Source: Dehalococcoidia bacterium
Lineage (GTDB): Bacteria; Chloroflexota; Dehalococcoidia; SpSt-223
Direction: 5' to 3'
NCBI GenBank assembly: GCA_025054935.1
Contig: JANWZD010000002.1
Span: 338,131-402,130 of the forward strand
Length of the DNA stretch: 64,000 bases
The notes under the pieces were generated by a model, which was not told where the DNA came from, did not search any database, and saw only the letters and a program-made list of their open reading frames with translations. The position numbers and the translations under genes are program-made. Positions 36,749 to 46,514 of this stretch are shown here, piece after piece (the first letter of the stretch is position 1; each line of letters begins with the position of its first letter).

Positions 36749-37927
36749 GTGAACATCGTTCTGCTTGGCTGCTTTGCGCTGTCGCCCAAAGGCACCGTCG
36801 CTCAGCGCGCCTTGCCGCTTGGCCGAGCGCTCGCCCGACGGGGGCACCGCGTGACCCTGCTGATCCCGCCGTACGACAATCCGCAGGAAGCAGGGCAGAC
36901 CTGGACGGAGGAGGGCGTCCGCGTCGAAGCCTTGACGGCTCGGTTCGGCCTGCTCGGCTGGACCGCGGCGCTCATCCGTCGCGCGCTTGCGCTCCGCCCC
37001 GACGTCATCCACGCCTTCAAGCCGGTCGGCCCTTCCGGAGCAGCGGCCTTCCTGCTCGCCCGGCGTTTCCCGCTCGTGCTCGACCTCGACGATTGGGAAG
37101 GGTGGCGCGGCTTTGCCCGCGTGGGCGGCTACCCGTTCCCGGTTGCGGCGGCGATGGAGATCCAGGAGCGGCTGACTCCGCGGCGAGCGCATCAACTGAC
37201 GGTGGCGAGCCGAGCGCTCCGAAAGCGCGAAATCGGGCGCGGCTGCCCTCCGTCACAGCTCCACTACCTCCCGAACTGCGTCGACGCGGCGGCCGTGGCG
37301 GGCGACCCTCCTTCTCCGGAGGCAGTCGCCGCCTTTCGCGCGGCGGTCGGAGCGACCGACTGCCCGATCGTCCTTTTCGTGGGACATGTTCCTGCCCACA
37401 ACGACCTCGACCTTGCGCTCGCGGCGCTCGCCCCGATCGCAGAAAGCAGCGTCGACTTCCGCTGGGTGGTGGTGGGTGACGGGCCCGGACTTCCTCCGCT
37501 TCGGGCAGCACTCCCGCCCGCTCTCGCCGAGCGGACCCGGTTTCTCGGGCGGCTGGCGCGGCCGGCGCTCCGCGTCGCGTTTGCGGCAAGCCGGCTGCTG
37601 CTTGTCCCCGCGCGCGACACTCCCATCAACCGCGCGAAGTGCCCGATGAAGGTCGTTGATGCGCTCGCTGCTGGGCTGCCTGTTGTCGCCCCGGCGATCG
37701 GCCAGCATCTCGAGTACATCGTTCACGGCGAGACGGGGCTCCTCACTCCAGTCGGCGACCTGCGAGCGCTGGCAGCGGCCGCACGCCAGCTCCTCGTCGA
37801 CCCCGCGTTCGCCTCGCGGCTTGGGAGAGCGGCCGCCGAACGGATGCGGCATGGCTTTACCTGGGACCATTGGGTCGGGCAAGCGGAGCGCGCATACCGC
37901 GCCGCTGCAAACGGTATACCATTCTAG
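36749..37927 (+). CDS. glycosyltransferase family 4 (GT-B fold)
   Basis: 392 aa. N-terminal NIVLLGCF...RALPLGRALARRGHRVTLL and C-terminal E-x7-E-type region HGETGLLTP. Confidence 0.85.
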   Translation: MNIVLLGCFALSPKGTVAQRALPLGRALARRGHRVTLLIPPYDNPQEAGQTWTEEGVRVEALTARFGLLGWTAALIRRALALRPDVIHAFKPVGPSGAAAFLLARRFPLVLDLDDWEGWRGFARVGGYPFPVAAAMEIQERLTPRRAHQLTVASRALRKREIGRGCPPSQLHYLPNCVDAAAVAGDPPSPEAVAAFRAAVGATDCPIVLFVGHVPAHNDLDLALAALAPIAESSVDFRWVVVGDGPGLPPLRAALPPALAERTRFLGRLARPALRVAFAASRLLLVPARDTPINRAKCPMKVVDALAAGLPVVAPAIGQHLEYIVHGETGLLTPVGDLRALAAAARQLLVDPAFASRLGRAAAERMRHGFTWDHWVGQAERAYRAAANGIPF

Positions 37928-37958
37928 GGAGATTTGGGTGAACCTTCTGGAGAGAGCG

Positions 37959-39152
37959 ATGGCTGGTCCGCTCGTCGGGGTACGGGTCCTCGATCTCACC
38001 TGGGCTCTTTCCGGCCCCTATGCGACGATGATCCTCGCTGACCTTGGCGCAGAAGTAATCAAAGTCGAGCGGCCGCCTGCCGGCGACATCGCCCGGGAAA
38101 ATGGACCGTTCATCGGCGATGTCTCGTCCTATTTCTTCTCGATCAATCGCGGCAAGCGGTCGATCACGCTCAACCTGAAACATGAGGAAGGCAAGCGCCT
38201 CCTGCGGGACCTGGTAAAGCATGTCGATATCCTGACCGAAAATTTCGTCCCCGGAACGATGGATCGCCTCGGGCTCGGCTACGAGGTGCTGAAAGCGGAA
38301 AATCCCCGGCTGATCTACGCGGCGACCTCAGGGTTCGGGCAGACTGGTCCGTACCGCCACAAGCCGGCGATGGACGTCATCGTTCAGGGGATCTCGGGCT
38401 TGATGAGCATCACCGGACCGGAGGGCGGCCCGCCTGTTCGGGTCGGGACCTCCATCGGCGATATCGCCGCCGGGATGTTCACCGCCATCGGCATCCTCGC
38501 CGCGCTGCACGAGCGGGAGCGGAGCGGGCTCGGCCAGATGGTGGATGTCGCCATGCTCGACAGCCAGATTGCCATCCTGGAAAACGCCCTCGTCCGCTAC
38601 TTTGTCGCCGGAGAGGTGCCGAAGCCGCTCGGAACGCGGCATCCGATCCTGACCCCCTTCCAAGCCTTTCCGACGAAGGACGGCTACATTGTGCTGACGC
38701 TGACCGGCGGCGGCGAGAATATCTGGGCACTCTTCTGCGCCAAGATCGGGCTGTACGAGTACATGGACGACCCCCGCTTCCAGACGAACGCCTCCCGCAC
38801 CGAGCATCATGCCGAGCTGGAGCAGATCGTTTCGGCGGCGCTTCGCGAACGGACAACGGCCGAATGGCTCGCCGAGTTCGAAGAGCTCGGGATCCCCTGC
38901 GGCCCTCTGAATACGATTGCCGAGGCAGTCGCCGACCCGCAGGTGCGCGAGCGCGGGATGATCGTTCCTCTTGTGCATCCGCGCGCTGGCGTGATCCCGG
39001 TGAGCGGCAGCCCCGTAAAGCTGTCGCGCACGCCAGCCGATGTCAGCCGTCCTGCTCCTGAACTGGGCGCCGACACCGATGCCGTGCTGCGCGAACTGCT
39101 CGGGCTGTCCGACGAGGAGATCGCCCGCTTGCGCGCGGTCGGCGCAGTGTGA
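37959..39152 (+). CDS. family III CoA-transferase (CaiB/BaiF/Frc type)
   Basis: ATG at 37959 with a GGAGAGAG SD (the track ORF starts at 37656). N-terminal LVGVRVLDLTWALSGPYATMILADLGAEVIKVERP. Confidence 0.9.
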   Translation: MAGPLVGVRVLDLTWALSGPYATMILADLGAEVIKVERPPAGDIARENGPFIGDVSSYFFSINRGKRSITLNLKHEEGKRLLRDLVKHVDILTENFVPGTMDRLGLGYEVLKAENPRLIYAATSGFGQTGPYRHKPAMDVIVQGISGLMSITGPEGGPPVRVGTSIGDIAAGMFTAIGILAALHERERSGLGQMVDVAMLDSQIAILENALVRYFVAGEVPKPLGTRHPILTPFQAFPTKDGYIVLTLTGGGENIWALFCAKIGLYEYMDDPRFQTNASRTEHHAELEQIVSAALRERTTAEWLAEFEELGIPCGPLNTIAEAVADPQVRERGMIVPLVHPRAGVIPVSGSPVKLSRTPADVSRPAPELGADTDAVLRELLGLSDEEIARLRAVGAV

Positions 39153-39688
39153 ACGCTCCTCCCTCCCTCGCGGCATTTCTCGGACGGGTTGCGTTCATCG
39201 CTGCCACGGCCTTCGGCGGCGGGATGAGCGTGCACTACTACCACCATTTCGTCGAGCGGACAGGATGGCTGCGCCGCGATGAGTTCTTTCAGGACATGAC
39301 CCTCGCGCAGCTGCTGCCGGGGCCCAACATGGTCAATGTCGTCGCTATCATCGGGCAGCGGCTGTACGGCCCGCGCGGCGCAGCGCTCGCCACGATCGCC
39401 GTGCTCCTGCCCGGCACGGTTCTCCTTGTCGCCCTCGGGTCGTTCATTGCCGCAGTCTCGAGCGGCCCGGCGACGCTCCGCGTGCTCGACGCGGTGGCGG
39501 CGGCCGCTGCCGGGCTGCTCGCTGCCACGATTGTCCGGCTTGCGCCGAGTGCCAAGGGCGTGCGCGGCAATGTGGGCATCGTCTTCGTCCTCGTCCTTCT
39601 GCTTGCAGTGGTTCGCCTGCCCATGGCGCTGGTCCTGCTCGTCGTCGTGCCTGTCGCCATCGTTCTCAATCGGCCGAGGGCACCATGA
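39149..39688 (+). CDS. chrA: chromate transporter (CHR family), first half-size subunit
   Basis: 179 aa. AFGGGMSV and LLPGPNMVN motifs. GTGA overlap with the CoA-transferase stop. Confidence 0.85.
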   Translation: MNAPPSLAAFLGRVAFIAATAFGGGMSVHYYHHFVERTGWLRRDEFFQDMTLAQLLPGPNMVNVVAIIGQRLYGPRGAALATIAVLLPGTVLLVALGSFIAAVSSGPATLRVLDAVAAAAAGLLAATIVRLAPSAKGVRGNVGIVFVLVLLLAVVRLPMALVLLVVVPVAIVLNRPRAP

Positions 39689-40206
39689 TCGACTTCCTCA
39701 CGCTCTTCCTCGTCTACCTCAAGCTGGGTGTTCTCGCCATCGGCGGCGCGGCGGCAGTACTGCCGGAGATGTATCGCGAATTTGTCGTCATCCGGGGGTG
39801 GATGACCGACGCCGAATTCGCGCACGCCTACGCCGTCGGTCAGCTCGCGCCCGGACCAAACATGCTGATGCAGGTATATGTCGGCTACCAGCTGGGAGGA
39901 GTGGGGGGAGTGCTCGCCGCCTTGCTCGGCTTCTTCGCTCCGACCGCCGCCCTTTGCGCGGCGTTCAGCCGCTGGTGGTACGGGCGCGCGGGGTCGGCGT
40001 GGACCGCGGCGCTGATGCGCGCCCTCGCGCCAGTCGCGCTCGGGCTGCTCCTCAGCGGCCTCTGGACGGTCGGCCACGCCGCGATCGTCGACCTGAAAAC
40101 GGCCGCAATCGCGCTCGGCGCGGCCGCGCTGCTGCTTGGATGGCGGGTCAATCCGCTGCTCGTCATGGCGCTCGCTGCCGTTGTGGGCTACATCCTGCCG
40201 GGATAA
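39685..40206 (+). CDS. chrA: chromate transporter (CHR family), second half-size subunit
   Basis: 173 aa. AIGGAAAVLPE and LAPGPNMLM motifs. ATGA overlap with the first half. Confidence 0.85.
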   Translation: MIDFLTLFLVYLKLGVLAIGGAAAVLPEMYREFVVIRGWMTDAEFAHAYAVGQLAPGPNMLMQVYVGYQLGGVGGVLAALLGFFAPTAALCAAFSRWWYGRAGSAWTAALMRALAPVALGLLLSGLWTVGHAAIVDLKTAAIALGAAALLLGWRVNPLLVMALAAVVGYILPG

Positions 40207-40242
40207 CTTGTCGCTCTCCTCACCGGCCGCTACTCTGCCCCC

Positions 40243-41343
40243 ATGCGTCCTCTTGGCGGCATCGCGCTGAGCGCGCTTATCGGAGCGGTTGTCTTCTCTG
40301 CAAGCTGGACGGCGACGGACCCAAGCCCGGCGCCGCGGGCGAGCGGTCAGCTGGCGCATCCCCTCCTCGGCGTTCACACTCGGCTGACCGACGAAGTGGA
40401 GCCGTGGAAAATCCGGCGCACGATGGAGATGGTGCGGGAAATGGGGGCGCGCTGGGTCGTCGAGTATTTCCCCTGGACGTACATCGAACTGGCCAAGGGA
40501 CAGTATGACTGGGCGCATGCCGATCTGGTGGTCGATGCGGCGTATGAGCAGGGGCTGACGCTGGTCGCTCGGATCGATCATGTGCCGGCGTGGGCGAGAC
40601 CGCCGGGCACCACAGACCGCTATATCGACAGCCGCGGCATTCAGGACTACGGCGATTTTCTCGCCGCGTTTGTCCGTCGCTATCGGGATCGCGTCAAGCA
40701 CTACATCGTCTGGAATGAGCAGAACACGACGATGGAATGGGGCTTTCGCCCGGTCGACCCGGAAGGATACGTTGAACTGCTGAAGGTCGCTTACCGCCGC
40801 ATTAAGGAGGCGGACCCAGAAGCGATTGTCCTTCCCGGTGCGCTTGCGCCGACGCTTGAGCAGTCTCGCGACGCGCTGGATGACTTGATCTACCTCCAGC
40901 GCATGTATGACGCCGGCGCGAAGGCGTATTTCGACATGATGAACATCCATGCCTATGGCTTGCGGAGCCCTCCCGACGACCCGCCCTCGCCCCAGCGGAT
41001 CAACTTTGCGCGCGCCGCCCTCATCCGCGAGGTGATGGTGCGCAACGGGGACGGCGACAAGCAGGCGTTGATCAGCGAAGCCGGCTGGAACGACCATCCC
41101 CGCTGGACAAAGGCAGTTCGCCCCGCGCAGCGGGTCGAGTACACGGTGCGCGCCCTCGAGAAAGCAGAGGCAGAGTGGCCGTGGCTCGTTGGGCTCTGTT
41201 TCTGGACGTTCCGGCTTCCTTTTCCGGCGCGGAACTACAACGACTACTACACCTTTGTCGATGCCGAGTTCCGGCCGAAACCTGTCTACAACGCGGTGCG
41301 CGCATGGGCGCACCGCTCAGGAGCGCTCGCGGCTGGACCGTAG
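40243..41343 (+). CDS. secreted/anchored glycoside hydrolase, clan GH-A TIM barrel
   Basis: 366 aa. N-terminal hydrophobic leader, acid/base-type VWNEQN and nucleophile-type ISEAGWN. Distant paralog of the gene at 25704-27215. Confidence 0.7.
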   Translation: MRPLGGIALSALIGAVVFSASWTATDPSPAPRASGQLAHPLLGVHTRLTDEVEPWKIRRTMEMVREMGARWVVEYFPWTYIELAKGQYDWAHADLVVDAAYEQGLTLVARIDHVPAWARPPGTTDRYIDSRGIQDYGDFLAAFVRRYRDRVKHYIVWNEQNTTMEWGFRPVDPEGYVELLKVAYRRIKEADPEAIVLPGALAPTLEQSRDALDDLIYLQRMYDAGAKAYFDMMNIHAYGLRSPPDDPPSPQRINFARAALIREVMVRNGDGDKQALISEAGWNDHPRWTKAVRPAQRVEYTVRALEKAEAEWPWLVGLCFWTFRLPFPARNYNDYYTFVDAEFRPKPVYNAVRAWAHRSGALAAGP

Positions 41344-41594
41344 CAGAGGGGCTGCGGATATCTCCGCCTCCTCGTCCTCGCTGGCCTCCCCTCGCAGGCC
41401 GTCCCCTCGCTCCTGCGGCGGGAGGCAGCCCGCTCCGCTTCACCGGGGAATGCGCGCCTGCGCGAGGGCAGCGGCGTGAGGAGCGGGAGAGCCAGCTCTC
41501 CCTCGCTCTCGACTGGGCGCGAGCCCCGCGCTTGGTCGCAACAGCGGAACCGCACGTCAAGAGGCATGGTCCGCCGGCGGCTTGCGTCGGCCGC

Positions 41595-42779
41595 TCAGAC
41601 CACGCCTTGCTGCCGCAACGCTGCCCGCTCCTCAGAGGAGAAGCCGATCTCGGCGAGGATCTCGTCGGTGTGCTCGCCCAGCGCCGGCACGGGCAGCGCC
41701 TGCGCCTCGGCGCCGCGGGCATTGATCGGGTGACGCATCACCTCGATCTCCCCCACGGGAGAGCCGACCGTCGCGAAGCGGTGGCGGGCGCGCAGTTGGG
41801 GATGCTCCCACACCCCTGCCAAGTCGTTCACCCGGCCGAAGGGGATATCTGCCTCTTCGAGACGCCGCTCGACCTCTTCGACAGACAGGGCGGCAAAGTA
41901 GTGCTCAATGAGCGCCTCGAGCTCCTGCCGGTTCGCGAGACGATGCGCATTCCGGTCGAAGCGAGGATCGCGCGCCAGCTCTGGCCGGCCGAGCACGCCT
42001 GCGCAGAACCGCGCCCACTCCCGCTCGTTTTGAATGGCAAGGTTGACAGCGCCGTCAGCGCATCGGTACGGCCCATAGGGCACGATGCCGCTGTGGCGCA
42101 TGCCTGCCCGTTGGGGCGGCGTTCCGCCGTACTGGGCGAAGTACAGCGGAGCGGACACCCATTCCGCAATCGCATCGATCATCGCTATGTCGAGGACCGT
42201 GCCCTCGCCGGTGCGCTCCCGCTCATAGAGCGCGGCGAGGATACCGCTCAGAGCGTACATGCCGGCAGCGATGTCGGCCACGGAGATGCCCGCCTTGGCT
42301 GGCTCCGCCGGCGTGCCCGTTACCGCAAGAACGCCCCCCTCGCCCTGAAGGAGCAAGTCGTACGCTTTCCGGTCGCGCAAGGGGCCGTCCGGGCCATACC
42401 CCGAGATATTGCAGACGATCAGGCGGGGGTAACGCGCGCGCAGTGCCTCGCCGCCGAGGCCGAGACGTTCGATTGCGCCCGGCGCGAGGTTCTGAATGAA
42501 CACGTCGGCGCGCGCGATGAGGCGCGCCATGATTTCGGCGGCTTGCGGCATCTTCAGGTCGAGCGTAAGGCTCCGTTTGCCGCGCCCCACCCAAACAAAC
42601 CACGACGACAGGCCCCGAACTGTGCTGTCGTAGGCGCGCGCGAAATCTCCGCCGTCGGTGCGCTCCACTTTGATGACATCAGCGCCGAGATCGGCGAGAT
42701 GGCGCGAGGCAAGCGGAGCAGAGATCGCCTGCTCGACAGCGACAACGCGAACGCCGCGCAGCGGCGCATAGCTCGACAT
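41595..42779 (-). CDS. family III CoA-transferase (second copy)
   Basis: 394 aa. N-terminal LRGVRVVAVEQAISAPLASRHLADLGADVIKVER. Confidence 0.9.
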   Translation of the reverse strand: MSSYAPLRGVRVVAVEQAISAPLASRHLADLGADVIKVERTDGGDFARAYDSTVRGLSSWFVWVGRGKRSLTLDLKMPQAAEIMARLIARADVFIQNLAPGAIERLGLGGEALRARYPRLIVCNISGYGPDGPLRDRKAYDLLLQGEGGVLAVTGTPAEPAKAGISVADIAAGMYALSGILAALYERERTGEGTVLDIAMIDAIAEWVSAPLYFAQYGGTPPQRAGMRHSGIVPYGPYRCADGAVNLAIQNEREWARFCAGVLGRPELARDPRFDRNAHRLANRQELEALIEHYFAALSVEEVERRLEEADIPFGRVNDLAGVWEHPQLRARHRFATVGSPVGEIEVMRHPINARGAEAQALPVPALGEHTDEILAEIGFSSEERAALRQQGVV

Positions 42780-42925
42780 GATCGGCTCCGTACAGAGGTG
42801 GACGAATCCTAACTGACGGCGCCTCGCGAGAGGGGCCTTCTACAATAGGGGTGAGGCGGGGGCGACAGGACGCAGCGGCAGAGCGCGGCCGGCATCGTTT
42901 CGCCTTGGAGGCGGGAGGGCAATCG

Positions 42926-44221
42926 GTGAACAGATTGCCGTCGTGGCGGGCAGAAAATGACCCGGAGCTTCCCGCCGGCTATCGCGGGCTGGCATTTCCA
43001 GAGCCCCTCGAAACCGCCTACCAGCGCTATCTCGACCGCCGTTTCCGCAGCTGGCTCACGGTAGTTGCCGCCGCAATCGTCGTTTCGCTCGTCATTCGCG
43101 CATTCACCATCCCGTTTTTCACTCTTCAAGACATTCCGCCGACGGTCGTCGTAGCGGGATTGTCGATCTCGACCTTCGTCCTGTTCGTCGGCTGGAACAT
43201 CGTCGTCCTCCTGATCGCTCTTCTCGCCTTGATCCATCTCCTGCGCGGCGGCACAGTTCTCTCAACGCAATGGGTGGCGGTCGTTGGCGGGCTGATCCTT
43301 GTCCTTTCGTTCCTCGTCGCGCATACGCTCCGCACAACTCCGAGCTATCTCAGCCCGATCGCTATCCCGGTCGTTGTCTTTGTTCTCGTCCTCGGGTTCC
43401 GATTGGGGTTCCTCCTCACCGCGAGTTTCATCGGGCTGATCGTGGCCGCCCAAGCAGCGTTCAGCGCGCTCAACACTTTCTCGCCGCTTGTCAACGTCAC
43501 TGCTCTGTTCATCGTCCTCCCGTATCTTGCGCTCGCGCTGCTGATCGCCTACTTGCTCGAACGCGACGCCCGCAACGATTTCCTCGCCCAGCGCGCGCTC
43601 CAGCGCCAGCAACGCGCATTGGCCGAGCATTCGCAGCGCCTTGCGGAAGAAGCGACCACCGACGAACTGACCCAAGTCGCAAACCGTCGAAAGTTCGAAG
43701 AGACGATCGCCGCCGAATGGCGGCGCGCCCGGCGCACGGGAGAGCCGCTGTCGCTCGTGATGATTGACATTGACCACTTCAAGCAGCTGAACGACCGCTT
43801 CGGTCATCAGCGCGGGGACGAGGTGCTGCTGCTCGTCGCCGAGCGGCTGCGCGCCTTCGCTCAGCGGCCCGGCGATCTCCTTGCGCGGTATGGCGGAGAG
43901 GAGTTCGCACTCATTCTGAGCGGCGCCGCGCTGCCAGCCGGACGCGACATCGCAGAACGGCTTCGGAGAGCAGTTGAGGGCTTAGCCATTCCGAACGGTG
44001 CCGATCCTCCGGGCGTCGTCACGGTGAGTGCCGGGGTGGCGACCATCTGGCCCCGGCTCGGCGAGGAAGCGGCACTCCTAGTGCAAGCTGCAGATGCCGC
44101 CCTCTATCGGGCCAAGCTGCGGGGGCGCAATCGAGTTGAGACCGCTACTCTCGCCGTTCTCCCTCCCGAGCAATCGGAGCTGGAGCGCCCAGAGAGCAGC
44201 AGCGCCCGCAGCGACGCCTGA
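42926..44221 (+). CDS. membrane-bound diguanylate cyclase (GGDEF)
   Basis: GTG at 42926 with a GGGAGGG SD (the track ORF starts at 42851). Multiple TM helices followed by a GGDEF domain (MIDIDHFKQLNDRFGH, RYGGEEFALIL). Confidence 0.88.
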   Translation: MNRLPSWRAENDPELPAGYRGLAFPEPLETAYQRYLDRRFRSWLTVVAAAIVVSLVIRAFTIPFFTLQDIPPTVVVAGLSISTFVLFVGWNIVVLLIALLALIHLLRGGTVLSTQWVAVVGGLILVLSFLVAHTLRTTPSYLSPIAIPVVVFVLVLGFRLGFLLTASFIGLIVAAQAAFSALNTFSPLVNVTALFIVLPYLALALLIAYLLERDARNDFLAQRALQRQQRALAEHSQRLAEEATTDELTQVANRRKFEETIAAEWRRARRTGEPLSLVMIDIDHFKQLNDRFGHQRGDEVLLLVAERLRAFAQRPGDLLARYGGEEFALILSGAALPAGRDIAERLRRAVEGLAIPNGADPPGVVTVSAGVATIWPRLGEEAALLVQAADAALYRAKLRGRNRVETATLAVLPPEQSELERPESSSARSDA

Positions 44222-44237
44222 GTCGAGCGAGGGGCAG

Positions 44238-44900
44238 TCATGTCAGGCTGATAATCCCCCGCTGGATTGCGATGCGCACCGCCTCGGTACGCGTGCTCGC
44301 TCTCAGCTTTTGGAGGATGACGCCGACGTGAAATTTCACGGTGCGCTCGGTGATGACGAGACGCTGCGCGATCTCTTTGTTCCGCAGGCCGGCCGCGACC
44401 AGTTCGAGCACTTCGATCTCGCGTTCGGTGAGGGGTTCGATATCAGGCTCACGCGTGATCGACTGCACCCGGTCGAGCAGTTTCGTCGCCACCGCCGGGT
44501 GAAGGAGGCTCTGCCCTTGGCTGACAAGACGGACAGCGCGAAACAATTCTTCGCGGGGCACGCCCTTAAGCAGATAGCCGCGCGCTCCCGCTTGAATAGC
44601 GCTGATAATCCGCTCATCGGTGTCGTATGCGGTCAGCACGAGCACTCGGCTCTCAGGGCAGGTGGAGACAATCCGGCGGATCGCTTCTGCCCCATCGAGG
44701 TTCGGCATTTCGAGATCCATCAGCACCACATCAGGTCCGTGCTCGCGGGCGAGAGCGACTGCCGCTTCGCCGTCCGCTGCTTCGGCGACCACGAGAAAGT
44801 CCTCCTGCGTGCCGAGCATGCCGGAAAGCCCTTCCCGCACCACGGGATGATCGTCAACGATCAGGATGCGGATCGGTCGGCGGCTGTCAGTGGGGTCCAC
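44238..44900 (-). CDS. NarL/LuxR-family response regulator
   Basis: 220 aa. Receiver domain ILIVDDHPV...VVLMDLEMP and LuxR HTH LTEREIEVLELVAAGLRNKEIA. Confidence 0.93.
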   Translation of the reverse strand: MDPTDSRRPIRILIVDDHPVVREGLSGMLGTQEDFLVVAEAADGEAAVALAREHGPDVVLMDLEMPNLDGAEAIRRIVSTCPESRVLVLTAYDTDERIISAIQAGARGYLLKGVPREELFRAVRLVSQGQSLLHPAVATKLLDRVQSITREPDIEPLTEREIEVLELVAAGLRNKEIAQRLVITERTVKFHVGVILQKLRASTRTEAVRIAIQRGIISLT

Positions 44901-44925
44901 GAGGCACTCCGTGGGAGGAAATTCG

Positions 44926-46332
44926 TCACGCCGGCTTGATTGGGACGTACAGTTCGATGGCAGTGCCGTCGCCCGGCGTCGACCGGATGTGAAGCGTTCC
45001 TCCCAAAAGATGCGCCCGCTCCTGCATTCCGATCATGCCGAAGTGCCCCTCATTCACTCCCGCCAAGGAGTCGGGGTCAAACCCGACACCATCATCCTCG
45101 ATGAGAAGCCGCAACCCGTTGCCGTTCAGTTCGATGGAAACGTTGACCTCGCTTGCTTGGGCGTGCCGATTGATATTGTTCAGCGCTTCTTGGACGATCC
45201 GGTAGACGCCGTTTTCGATCGCGGGCGCGATTTCGCCTTCGACATTGTGCCGGAAGGAGAAGTAATACCCGTTCTCCTTGCTCGACTGCTCAAGCAGCGC
45301 GCGCACTGCATCGGCGAGGCTTCTGCGCGCCAAGGAACGAGAGCGGAGGTTCTGAACGGAACGGCGCGCTTCTTCAAGGTTGAGCCGGGCGAGCCCAAGC
45401 GCGCGGGAGATCGCCTCGCGGGCGCGCGCCGGGTCGGTTGGCAGGGCCGCATCAGCAAGCTCAAGCTGCATGGTCAGCGCGCTGAGGCCTTGGGCGATGG
45501 TGTCATGAATTTCGCGCGCGAGGCGGTTGCGCTCTTCGGTGACGGCAAGCTCCCGCGTCTGGTCGTAAAGGCGAGCGTTCTCGATTGCAACAGCGATGAG
45601 ATCGGCGAGGGTCTGCGCGGTGCTCAGATCGGTTTCGTCAAAAGCGTTGACATGACGGCTCTCGATATCAAGCACGCCGAGCACTTGGTCCCCAATCCGG
45701 ATCGGCACCGCAAGCTCAGCGCGCGTCTCGGCGAGCCAATCGCGGAACAGGTAGCGCGGCTCTTGTTCGACGTCGTTCGCCATCAAGGGCTGGCCACTTC
45801 CGGCAACCCAGCCGACAATCCCTTGCTCGCCAACTTTCAGGCGGTGATGCGGCGTCTCCTGCCCGTACTTTCCCGCGGACGCGCGCGCCTCGAGGACGGT
45901 CGGGTCATCTCCGATCAGGAAGATATTGACATTCTCGAAGCTGAAGGCTTGGGCGAGCTCAGAAGCGATGAACGGCAGCAGCTCATCGAGGTTGCGGATC
46001 TGGACGAGCCGCTGCCCGACGAGGTTGATCGTGCGAAGCTGCTCCGCGCGGTGGTGCAGACGAGCCGTCCGCTCAATGACGAGCGCTTCGAGCCGCTGCC
46101 GATCTTCGGTGTCGCCGTTGTCTGCGCTTCCCGCATTCGTCTGAGGCGTGGGCGACGAGACCACAGGCGCCTCAGCCGTGCGCGGTTTTCGCGCGAACAG
46201 CACAAGCAGGCCCGCAACGCTAAGAAAGCAGAGCGCCGCCCGCGACCAGCGGGAACGCCAGCGTGACGACGCGATAAGCGACGTGAGGAAACCGCTCCAG
46301 AAAGCGAGGATCATCAGCATCGGGTCTCGCAT
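44926..46332 (-). CDS. GAF-containing sensor histidine kinase (HisKA_3 / NarX-DevS type)
   Basis: Track ORF is 44926..46365; ATG 46332 has a GGGAGAGGGG SD. Two N-terminal TM segments, a GAF region, H-box LAREIHDTIAQGLSAL, and HATPase_c. Confidence 0.9.
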   Translation of the reverse strand: MRDPMLMILAFWSGFLTSLIASSRWRSRWSRAALCFLSVAGLLVLFARKPRTAEAPVVSSPTPQTNAGSADNGDTEDRQRLEALVIERTARLHHRAEQLRTINLVGQRLVQIRNLDELLPFIASELAQAFSFENVNIFLIGDDPTVLEARASAGKYGQETPHHRLKVGEQGIVGWVAGSGQPLMANDVEQEPRYLFRDWLAETRAELAVPIRIGDQVLGVLDIESRHVNAFDETDLSTAQTLADLIAVAIENARLYDQTRELAVTEERNRLAREIHDTIAQGLSALTMQLELADAALPTDPARAREAISRALGLARLNLEEARRSVQNLRSRSLARRSLADAVRALLEQSSKENGYYFSFRHNVEGEIAPAIENGVYRIVQEALNNINRHAQASEVNVSIELNGNGLRLLIEDDGVGFDPDSLAGVNEGHFGMIGMQERAHLLGGTLHIRSTPGDGTAIELYVPIKPA

Positions 46333-46514
46333 CGACCGGCCCCTCTCCCTCGCGAAGATTGACACTGCTGTCGATTATGCCGTTGCTCCGCAATGCCGGC
46401 AATGTCGGCAGCATTGCCTCTTCCTCCGCTACGCTGCCCCTGCCCGGGCTGCCGGCAAGCGCGTTGCCGCTGCCGCCCTCCAAGAATCCCCCGAAGCGGC
46501 TTTATAATCAAGCG

